This document shows positions 1-9,275 of a DNA stretch of 22,794 bases, one piece after another. The stretch spans positions 1 through 22,794 of the forward strand of contig JBGGMM010000024.1 in the NCBI GenBank assembly GCA_041288045.1, given 5' to 3'. Positions within the stretch are counted from its first letter, which is position 1; every line of letters starts with the position of its first letter. This DNA is from Pseudobdellovibrionaceae bacterium (GTDB lineage Bacteria > Bdellovibrionota > Bdellovibrionia > Bdellovibrionales > Bdellovibrionaceae). The translations under genes were made by a program, and so were the position numbers. The notes beneath the pieces were generated by a model. The model searched no databases. It saw nothing but the letters and a program-made list of their open reading frames with translations, and was not told the DNA's origin.

Positions 1-717
1 AACATGAAATTCGCCAACAATAATCACAAGGACTTGCTCGGGATGGGCTTGCAAAAATTCGGACGCTTTCCAAGCCATGGTATCATCCCAGGCACTTTGA
101 GCTGCGAAGTAGCGATTCAATGCCTCTGGAGACGGGGCATGTTCCCCTGCCATGACCTGACGAAAACGCTCAAAGTAAGCGGCATTTCCCAAAGTGAACT
201 GCGGTGGCAGCAAGGCCTTTTCGGAATCGGCAAGCCCCTCCAGTCCCACCTTGGAAATCTTTGCGGTCAAAGTTCTGGGAGCATTCAATGCCAAAGTGAA
301 TTCTTCCACTCGCCGGGGAAAAAGTGCTTGCGAGCGGTAATGGTCAAAGGAAAAACCCTGTGCCCAACCGATTTGGGAGAGAAAGTCTGCCTCTGGGAGG
401 CTTCCCTCCCGCCAAGCTTCCACGAGCGATTGAGCAGGATAATCGAAAAACTCGAACCCAACACTAACGCGAAGGCCCATGTGCCTGAGAGCTTGAAGGA
501 TTTGCAGGTGTTGCTGGGCGATTTCCGCTTGCCCATGGACCTCACCCACCACCAAAGCCTGCCCAGGTTTGATATTTTTCAGAGCTTCTGAAAGGGAAAC
601 CACTGCGGTTCCTTGCTGATAAATCAGATCCGTGGCCGGGGCCGCCTGTTGGGCTGCCTGAACGGGAAAGGAGCTTAAAATCAAAGCCAGAAGAGTCGAA
701 TTCGCCATGGAAAGCAT
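1..717 (-). CDS. ChaN-family (heme-binding/iron-regulated uptake) periplasmic protein, 3' end outside the window
   Basis: Not in the ORF track because the stop lies outside the window. Hand translation from ATG at 717 (SD AGGGG upstream) gives MLSMANSTLLALILSSFPVQAA (signal peptide)...VVGEVHGQ...VGFEFF...LALNAPR...AQSAWDDTMA...VIIVGEFHV. The GExH, GxE, AQxxWDxxMA and GxxH motifs match the ChaN-like fold. Confidence 0.85.
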   Translation of the reverse strand, partial: MLSMANSTLLALILSSFPVQAAQQAAPATDLIYQQGTAVVSLSEALKNIKPGQALVVGEVHGQAEIAQQHLQILQALRHMGLRVSVGFEFFDYPAQSLVEAWREGSLPEADFLSQIGWAQGFSFDHYRSQALFPRRVEEFTLALNAPRTLTAKISKVGLEGLADSEKALLPPQFTLGNAAYFERFRQVMAGEHAPSPEALNRYFAAQSAWDDTMAWKASEFLQAHPEQVLVIIVGEFHV

Positions 718-832
718 AAAATCCCCTTTTTTCTGCTTTTAATCTCAATTTCGCGACTCGTCTATTGATGTTTAAGACGATGTTTGCTATCCATACCTCT
801 CCCTTGAATGGCTTGAAAAAAGAGGATGTTCT

Positions 833-1012
833 ATGGCTAAGAAAAAAGGACGCATCATTGTCACTTTGGAATGCACCGAAGCACGCGCTGCAGGAGCTTC
901 TCCGTCTCGTTACACCACAACTAAAAATAAAACCAAGACTCCCAGTCGCTTGGAAAAGAAAAAGTACAATCCAAGCCTGAAGAAGCACACTCTCCACCGC
1001 GAAACAAAGTAA
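833..1012 (+). CDS. rpmG: 50S ribosomal protein L33 (form lacking the zinc-binding CxxC pairs)
   Basis: 59 aa, below the ORF-track cut-off: [65 protein letters not shown] upstream. Carries the L33 motifs LECT, RYTTxKN, RLExKKYNP and HTLHRE. Confidence 0.95.
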   Translation: MAKKKGRIIVTLECTEARAAGASPSRYTTTKNKTKTPSRLEKKKYNPSLKKHTLHRETK

Positions 1013-1024
1013 GCGGGAGCGGGT

Positions 1025-1561
1025 TTGATTCTCACAGACCAGGAAATTCTTAAACTGATGGAAAAAGGCTCAATCAAAGTGGAGCCTTTTCGTCGTGAAT
1101 CGTTGGGATCCAACTCCTACGACGTTCACTTAGGGAAAACTTTGGCCTGCTACACAGACAAAACCCTGGATGCCCGTCAGCACAACAAAATTGAGACTTT
1201 TGAAATTCCACCGGAAGGCTATGTTCTTCAGCCCCATGTTTTTTATTTGGGCGTCACGGAAGAGTACACAGAAACTCTCGAGCACGTTCCCTTTCTGGAA
1301 GGAAAATCCAGTGTGGGCCGTCTTGGAATCGACATTCACGCCACGGCTGGAAAAGGCGATATCGGATTTTGCAATCATTGGACATTAGAAATCTCTGTCA
1401 AGCAACCGGTTCGCGTTTATGCCGGAATGCCAGTGGGACAATTGATTTATTTCGAAGTCCGCGGTGAGCTTTTGACGCCTTATAATCTCAAAGCTTCTGC
1501 GAAATACAATCAACGAGCGACAATTCCTGTCGAATCGATGATGTGGAAAAATAAATTCTAA
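1025..1561 (+). CDS. dcd: dCTP deaminase
   Basis: TTG start with SD GGAG, 12 nt after rpmG. Motifs MILTD..I, SYDVHLG, EGKSSVGRLG, GDIGFCNHWTLEI and GQLIYF of the trimeric dUTPase/dCTP deaminase family. Confidence 0.93.
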   Translation: MILTDQEILKLMEKGSIKVEPFRRESLGSNSYDVHLGKTLACYTDKTLDARQHNKIETFEIPPEGYVLQPHVFYLGVTEEYTETLEHVPFLEGKSSVGRLGIDIHATAGKGDIGFCNHWTLEISVKQPVRVYAGMPVGQLIYFEVRGELLTPYNLKASAKYNQRATIPVESMMWKNKF

Positions 1562-1569
1562 ATTAAATA

Positions 1570-4500
1570 TCAAAAATTTTCTGTGAGCAAAAACCACGGC
1601 GTCGGGGTTTTTACTTTCATCGCATCCGCAATGAAACCCAGGATGCTGGCCAAAGTGTCTCGCCCAGCTGAAAGCTCCCAATCCTCTTCATTCATTTTGC
1701 ACCAATTGAGCTTGAAAGTGAGCTTCTCCTGCAAAGAAGTCGGTGGCTTGCCGTGCTTTAAGAGCCAAGCAAACAGTCCTCGCAGCTCTTTTTCTGAAGA
1801 AAGGCCACTGACGTTTTTCAAAAGAGCTTTGTATTTGGGATAGGCTTTCATGGCCTCTTGTGTTTCCAGCAGGCCGTTGCGGCTCTGATCATAGACCTGG
1901 AAAATGCCTTCAATGTATTGAACGACATGAGCGTAAAGCCCCAGGTCTTCGATTTTCACGAACTGGTTTTTTTCAATCTGATTGTCGTCTTCGGGTTGGG
2001 AACCATCACCGGGCACCGGTGGGGAGTCATCCGCGGGGCCGTTTTCATCCTGATCCGGAACCGTTTCGATAACAGCCCCAGTGGCTTTCAAAAGATTTTC
2101 GAAAGTTTTTTTGAATTGGCCTTCGCTTTGACTCACATGAAATTTGAGAAAATCAGGCATGTTGTTAAAAGTGCCAGGAATGAAATCCCGGTAAACTTTT
2201 CGAACACATGCCACTGACACCTTCCAATTGTATTTTTCAGGTGTGGGCTTTTCAATGTCACAGGCCTTTTCCAATTTCTCGTAGATCATCGAGTCCACTT
2301 TGATACCCGAAAGAATCATCATGAAAAGAGTTGAACCTTCCTGAAAACTGGCCAGATCATCGCCGTTCCCAACCGAAGTAAAGAGATTGGCATCACGAAA
2401 TCGACTGGTTGCAAATTCATCGTTCTGAGGGCTGATCAGCTCGAGCTCAACAACCAAGGCCCGAACATCCGCATAAAAAGCATTGGCATCGGCTTCGGTG
2501 ATTCCCCGATAATTTTGGATATTGCTCAAATTTTGTGAATAGGCTCGCATCACCAAACGGTAAGCCGCGCGAACTGAGTTCATCAAAGTCATGGTTTTTT
2601 TCTGATAATTGGCTGGTGGCTGGGAAAACTGCAAACGCCCCATTCCGTCAAACGAAAGGGCCAGCTGTCCGCTCAAAATCATTTTCAGTTCAGAAAGTCC
2701 CTCCGTCGGAGTCGCCGCCTGAATGTCAGCCATCAAACTGGCTCCCGATTTTCCAATCACACCGGGAATGCCATAATAGATCATATCCAGAAAGGCCTGG
2801 TTCTGAACCCAAATCGAAAATTCTTTGCGAAACTCGGCTGTCGCAAGCCGGCCCAGTCCGGAGGGGATTTGACCTGCCAAACGATTTTCCGGAGAGAGCA
2901 GGATCTTTTGAACAAGAGGCCTCATCAAAGAGTTCAGGACACTCACCGATAAAGATTCCGGCAAAAAATCCGCCTGCTTCAGATTCTGCAAAATGGAATG
3001 GAGCTCAGAGAAAGAAATCAGTTTTTGTGGTTTTTTTTCGATGATTTCATCCAAGACAAAGCTTGAATCCAGGACCAACCGATTGAAGCCTAAAAGTCCC
3101 CGGTCCTCAGTCATCGGTTGATCTTTGAGAAAATACTCAAAATGCATGAACCGGGAATAGAGTTTGGCTGTGACTTCAAGAAATTGACTCCATTGCTGTC
3201 GATTGTCCTGGAGTCGCAACTCCAGGGCACCGATCACTGAACCCTGGTCGCTGAAAATGATGTTTTTAGCTGTGATAATTAAAGGCAGATATTGATTCGC
3301 AAGCTGGGTCAAATTCTTGCCATCGGAAAATTCAAAATCATAGAGAGCATCAATCTCGATGGCCAATTGCTTGAGATCCTGAAGGTCATAGGGGCGATCC
3401 ATGATATCCCCTAGGCTTTGAGCGACATTGACCAGATTTCGATCGGCATCATCAAAGCGAGCCTGGGCATCGTTGAAAGGCAAATTGTTCGGCTTCCAAT
3501 CAAAGGAATAGATCATCAGGTGCTTGATGAAAATTTCGGTCAGCTTTTGAAAGGACTCAAGCTTTTGAATGGCAGTATCAAAATCCACTTTTTCAAAAAC
3601 GTCCACACTGCCGCCAAAGAAAATCACTTTGATTTTCATAATTTCGACCAGTAGAGGGTCTGAAACTTTGAAATCTGGAGCAAAATCTGTCAGCGACTGG
3701 AGCACTTCCAAAAGTTCCGAACGAGTGAGCTTCTGCCCTGGCTTGCCATCCACCATGTCGCCCAAATAATCAAACAGATCACCCACAGTGCGAATCATAT
3801 AGGCCAACTCACTGCCACCATTGGTCAGATCCGAGGATTTCACAAAATAAAAATAGCGCAGATACTGAATGAAACCACGGGCGCCCAAAAGCGAAAAGCG
3901 ATACCACTCCAGTGGTGAAATCACCGCCTCATCACCGCCAGTCAGCGTTTTTTTCAGCTTTTTCACCAATGGCATGGCCTTATCAACACCTGCAATCCAA
4001 GTCCAATTGGAGGAGTTGAATTTTTCCAGTTCCTTAAGAAGAAAAATCACATTGTTCAAATCATAAGCCTGACCATTTTTTTGAATGAGCGCGCCTAAGT
4101 CCTTCGCTCCTTGCTGAATGGCGAGATTGGCATTTTCAAAATTTTGAATCTCATCATCCAGCCGAAAGCCAGTCACCCATTTCCAATTGAAAGAGTAAAT
4201 TTTCATGTAAGGATTCACATTCAAAGTGATCCGTCTCATTTCTTGCACAACAGAAATGAGATTTTTCATTTCCTGGCGAGTGATGGAGTCAATCGCGCCG
4301 CCGACAAAGAGCTGCTTGATGCGAAAGATCTCTTGCAATAGCGGATCGGGCACCCGAGTTCCCGGATTGAGAAAATACTGCTCGATAAAATGCGCCAACT
4401 CTCTGGATGTGAATCGATCCTCAAATCGACCCCGCACTGACTTTTCAAAAGTTGAAAGGGCCGCACCGGCACAATCCCAAGCGGCAATGAGCTTGGGCTC

Positions 4501-4680
4501 ACTAGCTTCACCAGCAAAAAACTCTTCGGCAACTGGAATGACCTTCGACAGACAATCCGTTTCAGAAAGCTCAATCACCATGGGATCAGCGACCGGAGGT
4601 TTTTCATAAAGTGGAAGATCACAAGCTGTCAGAAGGAAAAGCACCAATCCCGCAAAGGCGATCATGAGCCTAATAAACAT
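1570..4680 (-). CDS. Large hypothetical lipoprotein with a ~229-aa internal tandem duplication and a C-terminal EF-hand-like loop
   Basis: 1036-aa ORF with lipobox LLTA-C20. Paired motifs at offset 229: DPLLQEIFRIK/DPLLVEIMKIK and IYSFNWK/IYSFDWK. DQSRNGLLETQE loop near the C-terminus. Confidence 0.85.
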   Translation of the reverse strand: MFIRLMIAFAGLVLFLLTACDLPLYEKPPVADPMVIELSETDCLSKVIPVAEEFFAGEASEPKLIAAWDCAGAALSTFEKSVRGRFEDRFTSRELAHFIEQYFLNPGTRVPDPLLQEIFRIKQLFVGGAIDSITRQEMKNLISVVQEMRRITLNVNPYMKIYSFNWKWVTGFRLDDEIQNFENANLAIQQGAKDLGALIQKNGQAYDLNNVIFLLKELEKFNSSNWTWIAGVDKAMPLVKKLKKTLTGGDEAVISPLEWYRFSLLGARGFIQYLRYFYFVKSSDLTNGGSELAYMIRTVGDLFDYLGDMVDGKPGQKLTRSELLEVLQSLTDFAPDFKVSDPLLVEIMKIKVIFFGGSVDVFEKVDFDTAIQKLESFQKLTEIFIKHLMIYSFDWKPNNLPFNDAQARFDDADRNLVNVAQSLGDIMDRPYDLQDLKQLAIEIDALYDFEFSDGKNLTQLANQYLPLIITAKNIIFSDQGSVIGALELRLQDNRQQWSQFLEVTAKLYSRFMHFEYFLKDQPMTEDRGLLGFNRLVLDSSFVLDEIIEKKPQKLISFSELHSILQNLKQADFLPESLSVSVLNSLMRPLVQKILLSPENRLAGQIPSGLGRLATAEFRKEFSIWVQNQAFLDMIYYGIPGVIGKSGASLMADIQAATPTEGLSELKMILSGQLALSFDGMGRLQFSQPPANYQKKTMTLMNSVRAAYRLVMRAYSQNLSNIQNYRGITEADANAFYADVRALVVELELISPQNDEFATSRFRDANLFTSVGNGDDLASFQEGSTLFMMILSGIKVDSMIYEKLEKACDIEKPTPEKYNWKVSVACVRKVYRDFIPGTFNNMPDFLKFHVSQSEGQFKKTFENLLKATGAVIETVPDQDENGPADDSPPVPGDGSQPEDDNQIEKNQFVKIEDLGLYAHVVQYIEGIFQVYDQSRNGLLETQEAMKAYPKYKALLKNVSGLSSEKELRGLFAWLLKHGKPPTSLQEKLTFKLNWCKMNEEDWELSAGRDTLASILGFIADAMKVKTPTPWFLLTENF

Positions 4681-6145
4681 AGGTCACTCCTCCATAAATG
4701 CGATCGTTGGCACGAAACTGATTGAGAAAGCGATCGTCCTTGTTACTTTCGCTAACGTCATCAACACCCAGCACGTCAGCTCCCATGCTGAGGATCAGCT
4801 TGTCGGTTTGATGAAATTGGAACTCTCCACTTGCGATCATTCCTTTTTGCTCAAATTCGCGAAGGTATCTCAATTTGGAGAGAATTTTTTTCTGAAAAAG
4901 TCGCCCCGTCACAATCGCCTGAATTTGGGCAGCCCGATTGAAGTTCAAGCGCTGGCTAAATACCGGCCCATGCTGACCGCCGTTAACATCGACATCGTCA
5001 TATTTTCCGCCGTCGATTTGCAAATAGGCCAAACTGAACAGGATGGGATCATGGATCCACCCAATCAGAGCTTTTTGATCCAACTGCACGGATGTCGCAC
5101 GTGCAGGACTGGGCCTTTGCAGAATGTAGGGATCATCGGCATCCCGGCGGATGTCCTGGGGCCGATCCTCGAGATAGGAAAGAGAAATTTCAGTTGCCGA
5201 TTCATTGAATCGATATCCTAAATCCATTCCCCAAAGAGTGTGATAGGCCACAGCTGGATAAAGAGGCGCAAAGCCAGTGTCTTGGCCTTCCTCGGAAGAT
5301 TCCAATTTACGATCGTATTTTACCAAAAGGCTGTTCATGGGCTTAAAGCCCAAACTGCTCGCTGCCCAAAACCCAGGCCGATCGGCGCCATAGCGCAATC
5401 GGTACCCCACTCCAGGCTTTTGCACCAATTCCTTCAGATCGGGAACATTCAGTGAGTAAACGATTGGTCTTTCTTTGCCGTTGAAAAAAAATGTCGATGC
5501 TGGCTTACGGTACCAACGACTGTCCGCCACAAGGTTTCCGTCTTCCTCTTTGACTTCAGGCCCCATCGTCGGAATAAAAATCGGCGACAGAAATGCCAAG
5601 CTGTCAAAGGCCCCTTCTCGGTGACTGTGAAAAACCCCGGTCAAACCCTGTTCCACAGGACGAAGAGAATCAAAAACCGAATCGGGCTGCCAAAGACCAA
5701 GGTCCCAAGTTTCATCGGCTTTGGACCAATACTCCAATTTTCGACCCACACTGATTTGGCTTTGACCATCTCGCCAAGAACGACTCCAAAAAAGTTCTTG
5801 CACTGAAAACTGGGAAGCTCCCCAATCGACATATCTTTCAGCCGTCAGATCCGCTCGACTGAATGTGCGCTCAGTTTCCAGCTCCGTTTTCAACCCGACA
5901 GAGGTCAGCAGTCCTTGATCAAGAGTGGAGTTCCCTGGAATCGAAGAGGCGTATTGACTGCCCTCGACTTTGAGAAGCCCAGATGTTTGAGTTTTGCTGC
6001 TCGAATTTTTTTTTGCTGAAGTTTCAAGTTTTTCAATGGAGGCTGGAATTTCCAAAGACAAGCTCTGGGCTTGGCACAACAAAGCCCACACAAAGATCAC
6101 TTTGAATAAGACGATGGCCCGAAAAAGACCGTGAATTGACGTCAT
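4670..6145 (-). CDS. Putative outer-membrane beta-barrel protein (hypothetical)
   Basis: 491 aa with an N-terminal signal peptide (..LLCQA). Many amphipathic strand-like segments (GVGYRLRY, WGMDLGYRF, SLSYL, SLAYL). C-terminal RIYGGVTYVY ends in an aromatic residue, as BAM beta-signals do. Overlaps the downstream lipoprotein start by 11 nt. Confidence 0.7.
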   Translation of the reverse strand: MTSIHGLFRAIVLFKVIFVWALLCQAQSLSLEIPASIEKLETSAKKNSSSKTQTSGLLKVEGSQYASSIPGNSTLDQGLLTSVGLKTELETERTFSRADLTAERYVDWGASQFSVQELFWSRSWRDGQSQISVGRKLEYWSKADETWDLGLWQPDSVFDSLRPVEQGLTGVFHSHREGAFDSLAFLSPIFIPTMGPEVKEEDGNLVADSRWYRKPASTFFFNGKERPIVYSLNVPDLKELVQKPGVGYRLRYGADRPGFWAASSLGFKPMNSLLVKYDRKLESSEEGQDTGFAPLYPAVAYHTLWGMDLGYRFNESATEISLSYLEDRPQDIRRDADDPYILQRPSPARATSVQLDQKALIGWIHDPILFSLAYLQIDGGKYDDVDVNGGQHGPVFSQRLNFNRAAQIQAIVTGRLFQKKILSKLRYLREFEQKGMIASGEFQFHQTDKLILSMGADVLGVDDVSESNKDDRFLNQFRANDRIYGGVTYVY

Positions 6146-6314
6146 GAGAGCTCCACTAAATTCGAGGCTCCTCTCTCTGTCAATCGGATTAGCAGAGTGA
6201 AATTCGCTTCTGCCATGCGCTGGAAAGTGCTTTGATTTTATGATGACACTGAGAAAGAAACTTCGTTAAATGTTTTGAAATTGCTGTTTTTACAGTGACA
6301 AAAAGGGATTTTTT

Positions 6315-7136
6315 ATGACTTCAGCCTCTGCATCAAATCCAGCCCTCCACGAACTTTTACAAGCGATGTGGAAGGACTATTGCCAACTCAATCCTGCGGC
6401 TCGCCGCATCTTTGATCTCCTCACGGCTGAGGGTGAAACTGTCCTCAATGACCATATCGCACTTCGAACTTTCAACCACCCGCGATTGGGAATTCAAAGT
6501 TTGGCAAAGATTTTCCTTCAGTTCGGTTATCAGGAAAAGAACGACTATGTTTTCAAAGAAAAGAAGCTCTATGCAAAGCATTATGAACATTCGGATTTGA
6601 AGCTTCCAAAGATCTTCATCAGTGAGTTGGAGCTTGAGAAAGTCTCGCCGTTGATCCGTGAGACAATGACTTCATTGATTGAGCAGATTCCAGAAAGCTC
6701 CCTTCAATCGGAGCGGTTCTCGATGAGCGGTCGCCCTTGGCAGATGAGCTATCAGCTTTACTCGCAGTTGGCAGAGGAAAGCGAGTACGCCAGCTGGGTG
6801 GCAGCCTTTGGTTTTCGCCCCAATCACTTCACGGTCAATGTCAATGAGTTGAAAAAATTCAACGACCTTCCGACCCTGAATGCTTTTGTTGAAGCCCAAG
6901 GCTACACTCTGAATAAATCCGGTGGCCTTATCAAAGGAACACCCGAGCAGTTTCTCGAGCAAAGCTCCACAATGGCAAAAGAAATTCCAGTTTCCTTTTC
7001 CGATGGAGTTCATGAAATTCCAGGCTGTTATTACGAATTTGCTAAAAGGTACAAATTGCCCAATGGTCAACTGTACCAAGGATTTGTGGCAGCTTCTGCA
7101 GATAAGATTTTTGAAAGCACCAATCGTCAACGCTAG
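6315..7136 (+). CDS. DUF1338-family (HglS/YdcJ-like) Fe(II) 2-oxoadipate dioxygenase/decarboxylase
   Basis: Motifs NDHIALRTF, PKIFISEL, SEYASW, RPNHFTV, LEQSST, YYEFAKRY and GF..SADKIFEST. The His/His/Glu metal ligands are present. Confidence 0.85.
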   Translation: MTSASASNPALHELLQAMWKDYCQLNPAARRIFDLLTAEGETVLNDHIALRTFNHPRLGIQSLAKIFLQFGYQEKNDYVFKEKKLYAKHYEHSDLKLPKIFISELELEKVSPLIRETMTSLIEQIPESSLQSERFSMSGRPWQMSYQLYSQLAEESEYASWVAAFGFRPNHFTVNVNELKKFNDLPTLNAFVEAQGYTLNKSGGLIKGTPEQFLEQSSTMAKEIPVSFSDGVHEIPGCYYEFAKRYKLPNGQLYQGFVAASADKIFESTNRQR

Positions 7137-7138
7137 GT

Positions 7139-7810
7139 TTAGGCGACTTTTTTGATGAGCCTGTTGACTGTTTCTTCATCAGGCTTTTCTTGCTTCCAAT
7201 AACGATGACAATTGAGGAAAATTTTCGCCAGCGACTGATCGAACTGGGTGCCGGCATATTTTTCAATTTCTTTGTAAATCACGTCAATGGGAAGGCCCTG
7301 ACGATAAGAACGATTTTCACCCATTGCATCCAGGGTGTCGACGATCAAGATCACCCTTGAAATCAAGGGAATGTCTTCGCCATGCAAACGATCGGGATAG
7401 CCTTTGCCATCGACTCGCTCATGATGGCCTCGCACTGCCGGCAGCACTTGGCGGAAAAATTCATGACTGGTGAGGGGCTTGATGATGTCCTCACTGTAAA
7501 CAGGATGAGATTTCATGATCTCATATTCATTTGTGTCTAATTTTCCAGGCTTATGAGTGATTTGGGTATCAATCCCCATTTTACCGACATCGTGAAGAAT
7601 TCCTGAGAATTCGGCCACTTTCTGTTGGTATTCCGAAAGCCCCGCCGCTCGAGCGAGCAGACGTGAGTATTCACCGACCCGGAGACAATGGTAGAGTGTT
7701 TCGGGGTCCACTTTTTTCAAGGACTCCAGAATTGATCCCACCGCCGAATACGCCCACGTGGGAATATCACCCCACACCAAGTTCAGATTGGTTTTTTTCA
7801 TTGCCGACAA
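7139..7810 (-). CDS. Stand-alone HD-GYP cyclic dinucleotide phosphodiesterase
   Basis: HCLRV, LHDVGK, HHERVDGKGYPD, IVDTLDAM and RSYR are all intact. Start is TTG 7810 or ATG 7801. Confidence 0.92.
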   Translation of the reverse strand: MSAMKKTNLNLVWGDIPTWAYSAVGSILESLKKVDPETLYHCLRVGEYSRLLARAAGLSEYQQKVAEFSGILHDVGKMGIDTQITHKPGKLDTNEYEIMKSHPVYSEDIIKPLTSHEFFRQVLPAVRGHHERVDGKGYPDRLHGEDIPLISRVILIVDTLDAMGENRSYRQGLPIDVIYKEIEKYAGTQFDQSLAKIFLNCHRYWKQEKPDEETVNRLIKKVA

Positions 7811-7830
7811 ACGTCACCCCGCTCATTAAC

Positions 7831-7857
7831 TTATCGGACTGGTCCACCAATCCCTCA
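7831..7857 (-). promoter_or_regulatory. Possible sigma-28 (FliA)-type promoter of the HD-GYP gene
   Basis: Minus strand reads TGAG-N15-TCCGATAA against consensus TAAA-N15-GCCGATAA. Good -10, weak -35. Confidence 0.4.
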
Positions 7858-7962
7858 ATGGAACGAGGACTGATTTCCAAGACTTTTTGCTGGTTGGATC
7901 AGAAAAAAATGTTTCACGCTGAGAATCGATGACAGATTCTCAAAATGTGACGACTTCAATTT

Positions 7963-8568
7963 TTAAATTTGACCGTAGTTCTCTTCAGCGAAATCCCAGT
8001 TGAGAAGCCGGTCCACGACTTCTTCAACGAAATCACCACGCCGGTTTTGAAAATCAAGGTAATAAGCGTGCTCCCAAATATCGATTGTGAGCAAAGGCTT
8101 CAAATCCATCGTCAAGGGATTCAGGGCGTTGGCGCTTTTGGTGATTTGGACTTTTCCGAAATGATCACTGCAGAGCCAAACGTACCCGCTGCCAAATTGA
8201 TCCAGAGCCGCTTGTTTGAATTGACTGCGGAAATCCTCAAAACTGCCGAAGCTGCTTTCCATTGCCGATTCCAGATCGCCAACGGGCTTGTGATTGCCTT
8301 TGGGGTTGAGACATTTCCAATAGAAATTGTGATTCCAAACCTGAGCTGCATTGTTGAAGACAGATTTTTCGCTTTCTTTATGAGCACTTTCCAAAACCAC
8401 TTGTTCAAGACTCATTTCGGCGTAGGGTTTGCCTTTGACCAATTCATTGAGTTTGTCCACATAGCCTTTGTGATGTTTGCCGTAATGAAAATCCACAGTC
8501 GATGGAGACATGACGGCGGCAAGTGCATCATGGGGATATGGAAGGGGTGGGAGTTCAAAAGGATACAT
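7963..8568 (-). CDS. sodB: Superoxide dismutase, Fe/Mn family (Fe-type signature)
   Basis: FELPPLPY, HYGKHHKGY, FNNAAQVWNH (AAQ is Fe-type), FGSGYVW and DIWEHAYY. SD GGAGG spacing favours the second ATG (8568) over 8571. Confidence 0.93.
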   Translation of the reverse strand: MYPFELPPLPYPHDALAAVMSPSTVDFHYGKHHKGYVDKLNELVKGKPYAEMSLEQVVLESAHKESEKSVFNNAAQVWNHNFYWKCLNPKGNHKPVGDLESAMESSFGSFEDFRSQFKQAALDQFGSGYVWLCSDHFGKVQITKSANALNPLTMDLKPLLTIDIWEHAYYLDFQNRRGDFVEEVVDRLLNWDFAEENYGQI

Positions 8569-8690
8569 CATTTCCTCCTAGTTCTTTTCTTAAGGCTCTT
8601 CCCTTTTCGCTTTTGGCTCAACTAAAAATGCATCGGTGCCTGCGGAAACACATTTGAGATTTTCGCCAATCTCCGCTAAAACAAAAGGCG

Positions 8691-9065
8691 ATGACGTATC
8701 TTCTTTCGATTGGCATTGGGTTATTGGCGGGCGTTGCTTCAGGTCTCTTTGGCATTGGCGGCGGAGTGATCATTGTTCCGCTTGTCACTTTTCTTTTTCA
8801 AATTCAAGCCCAATCGGCGACTGCCACTTCACTGGTCGCTCTGCTCTTGCCTGTCGGAGCTCTCGGTGTTTGGCATTACTACCAAAATGGCTTGATTACT
8901 TCAGAGAATTTCAAAATTGGTTTTTTAATTTCGATGGGCCTTTTTCTGGGCACACTTTTGGGAGCTCGAATCGCAGTTCAACTGAGTGGGCCTACCTTAA
9001 CCAAAGCTTTTGCAATCTTTCTTGTTTTTATCGCCGTTCGTCTTTGGTTGAGCGCTTCCTCATAA
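8691..9065 (+). CDS. Half-size TauE/SafE (TSUP) family membrane transporter
   Basis: 124 aa with about 4 hydrophobic helices; GLFGIGGGVIIVP and ATSL motifs. Confidence 0.85.
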   Translation: MTYLLSIGIGLLAGVASGLFGIGGGVIIVPLVTFLFQIQAQSATATSLVALLLPVGALGVWHYYQNGLITSENFKIGFLISMGLFLGTLLGARIAVQLSGPTLTKAFAIFLVFIAVRLWLSASS

Positions 9066-9207
9066 ATGATCAAGCTCTTTCCCCAACGTTGATTTTTGCC
9101 CCTCCATCCTTCTGCCATTTGTTGCACAGTGACCGACTCACTGTTCCCTGCAGCTTGATTTAACTTTTTAAATGCCACTGATTTGATTTCGTTATGATTC
9201 GCCGCAG

Positions 9208-9224
9208 TTGGTTTTCATCTTGCA
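9208..9224 (+). promoter_or_regulatory. Putative sigma-54 -24/-12 promoter for the hemerythrin operon
   Basis: TTGG-TTTTCATCTT-GCA gives exact GG-N10-GC spacing with TTGCA at -12, about 50 nt upstream of the start codon. Confidence 0.45.
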
Positions 9225-9275
9225 AGAATCCAGGAAAATAAAAGGACATCCATTGAAAATGGAAAGGAGATCCCT

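Noticed and set aside
4..591. 195-aa plus-strand ORF
   Set aside because: Antisense shadow of the ChaN-like gene, which has recognisable motifs and an SD.
542..997. 151-aa minus ORF and 71-aa plus ORF (765-980)
   Set aside because: They overlap rpmG, which is in a different frame and clearly recognisable.
4664..8625. Long antisense ORFs 4664-5221, 6672-7130 and 7969-8625
   Set aside because: Shadows of well-supported genes, with no motifs.
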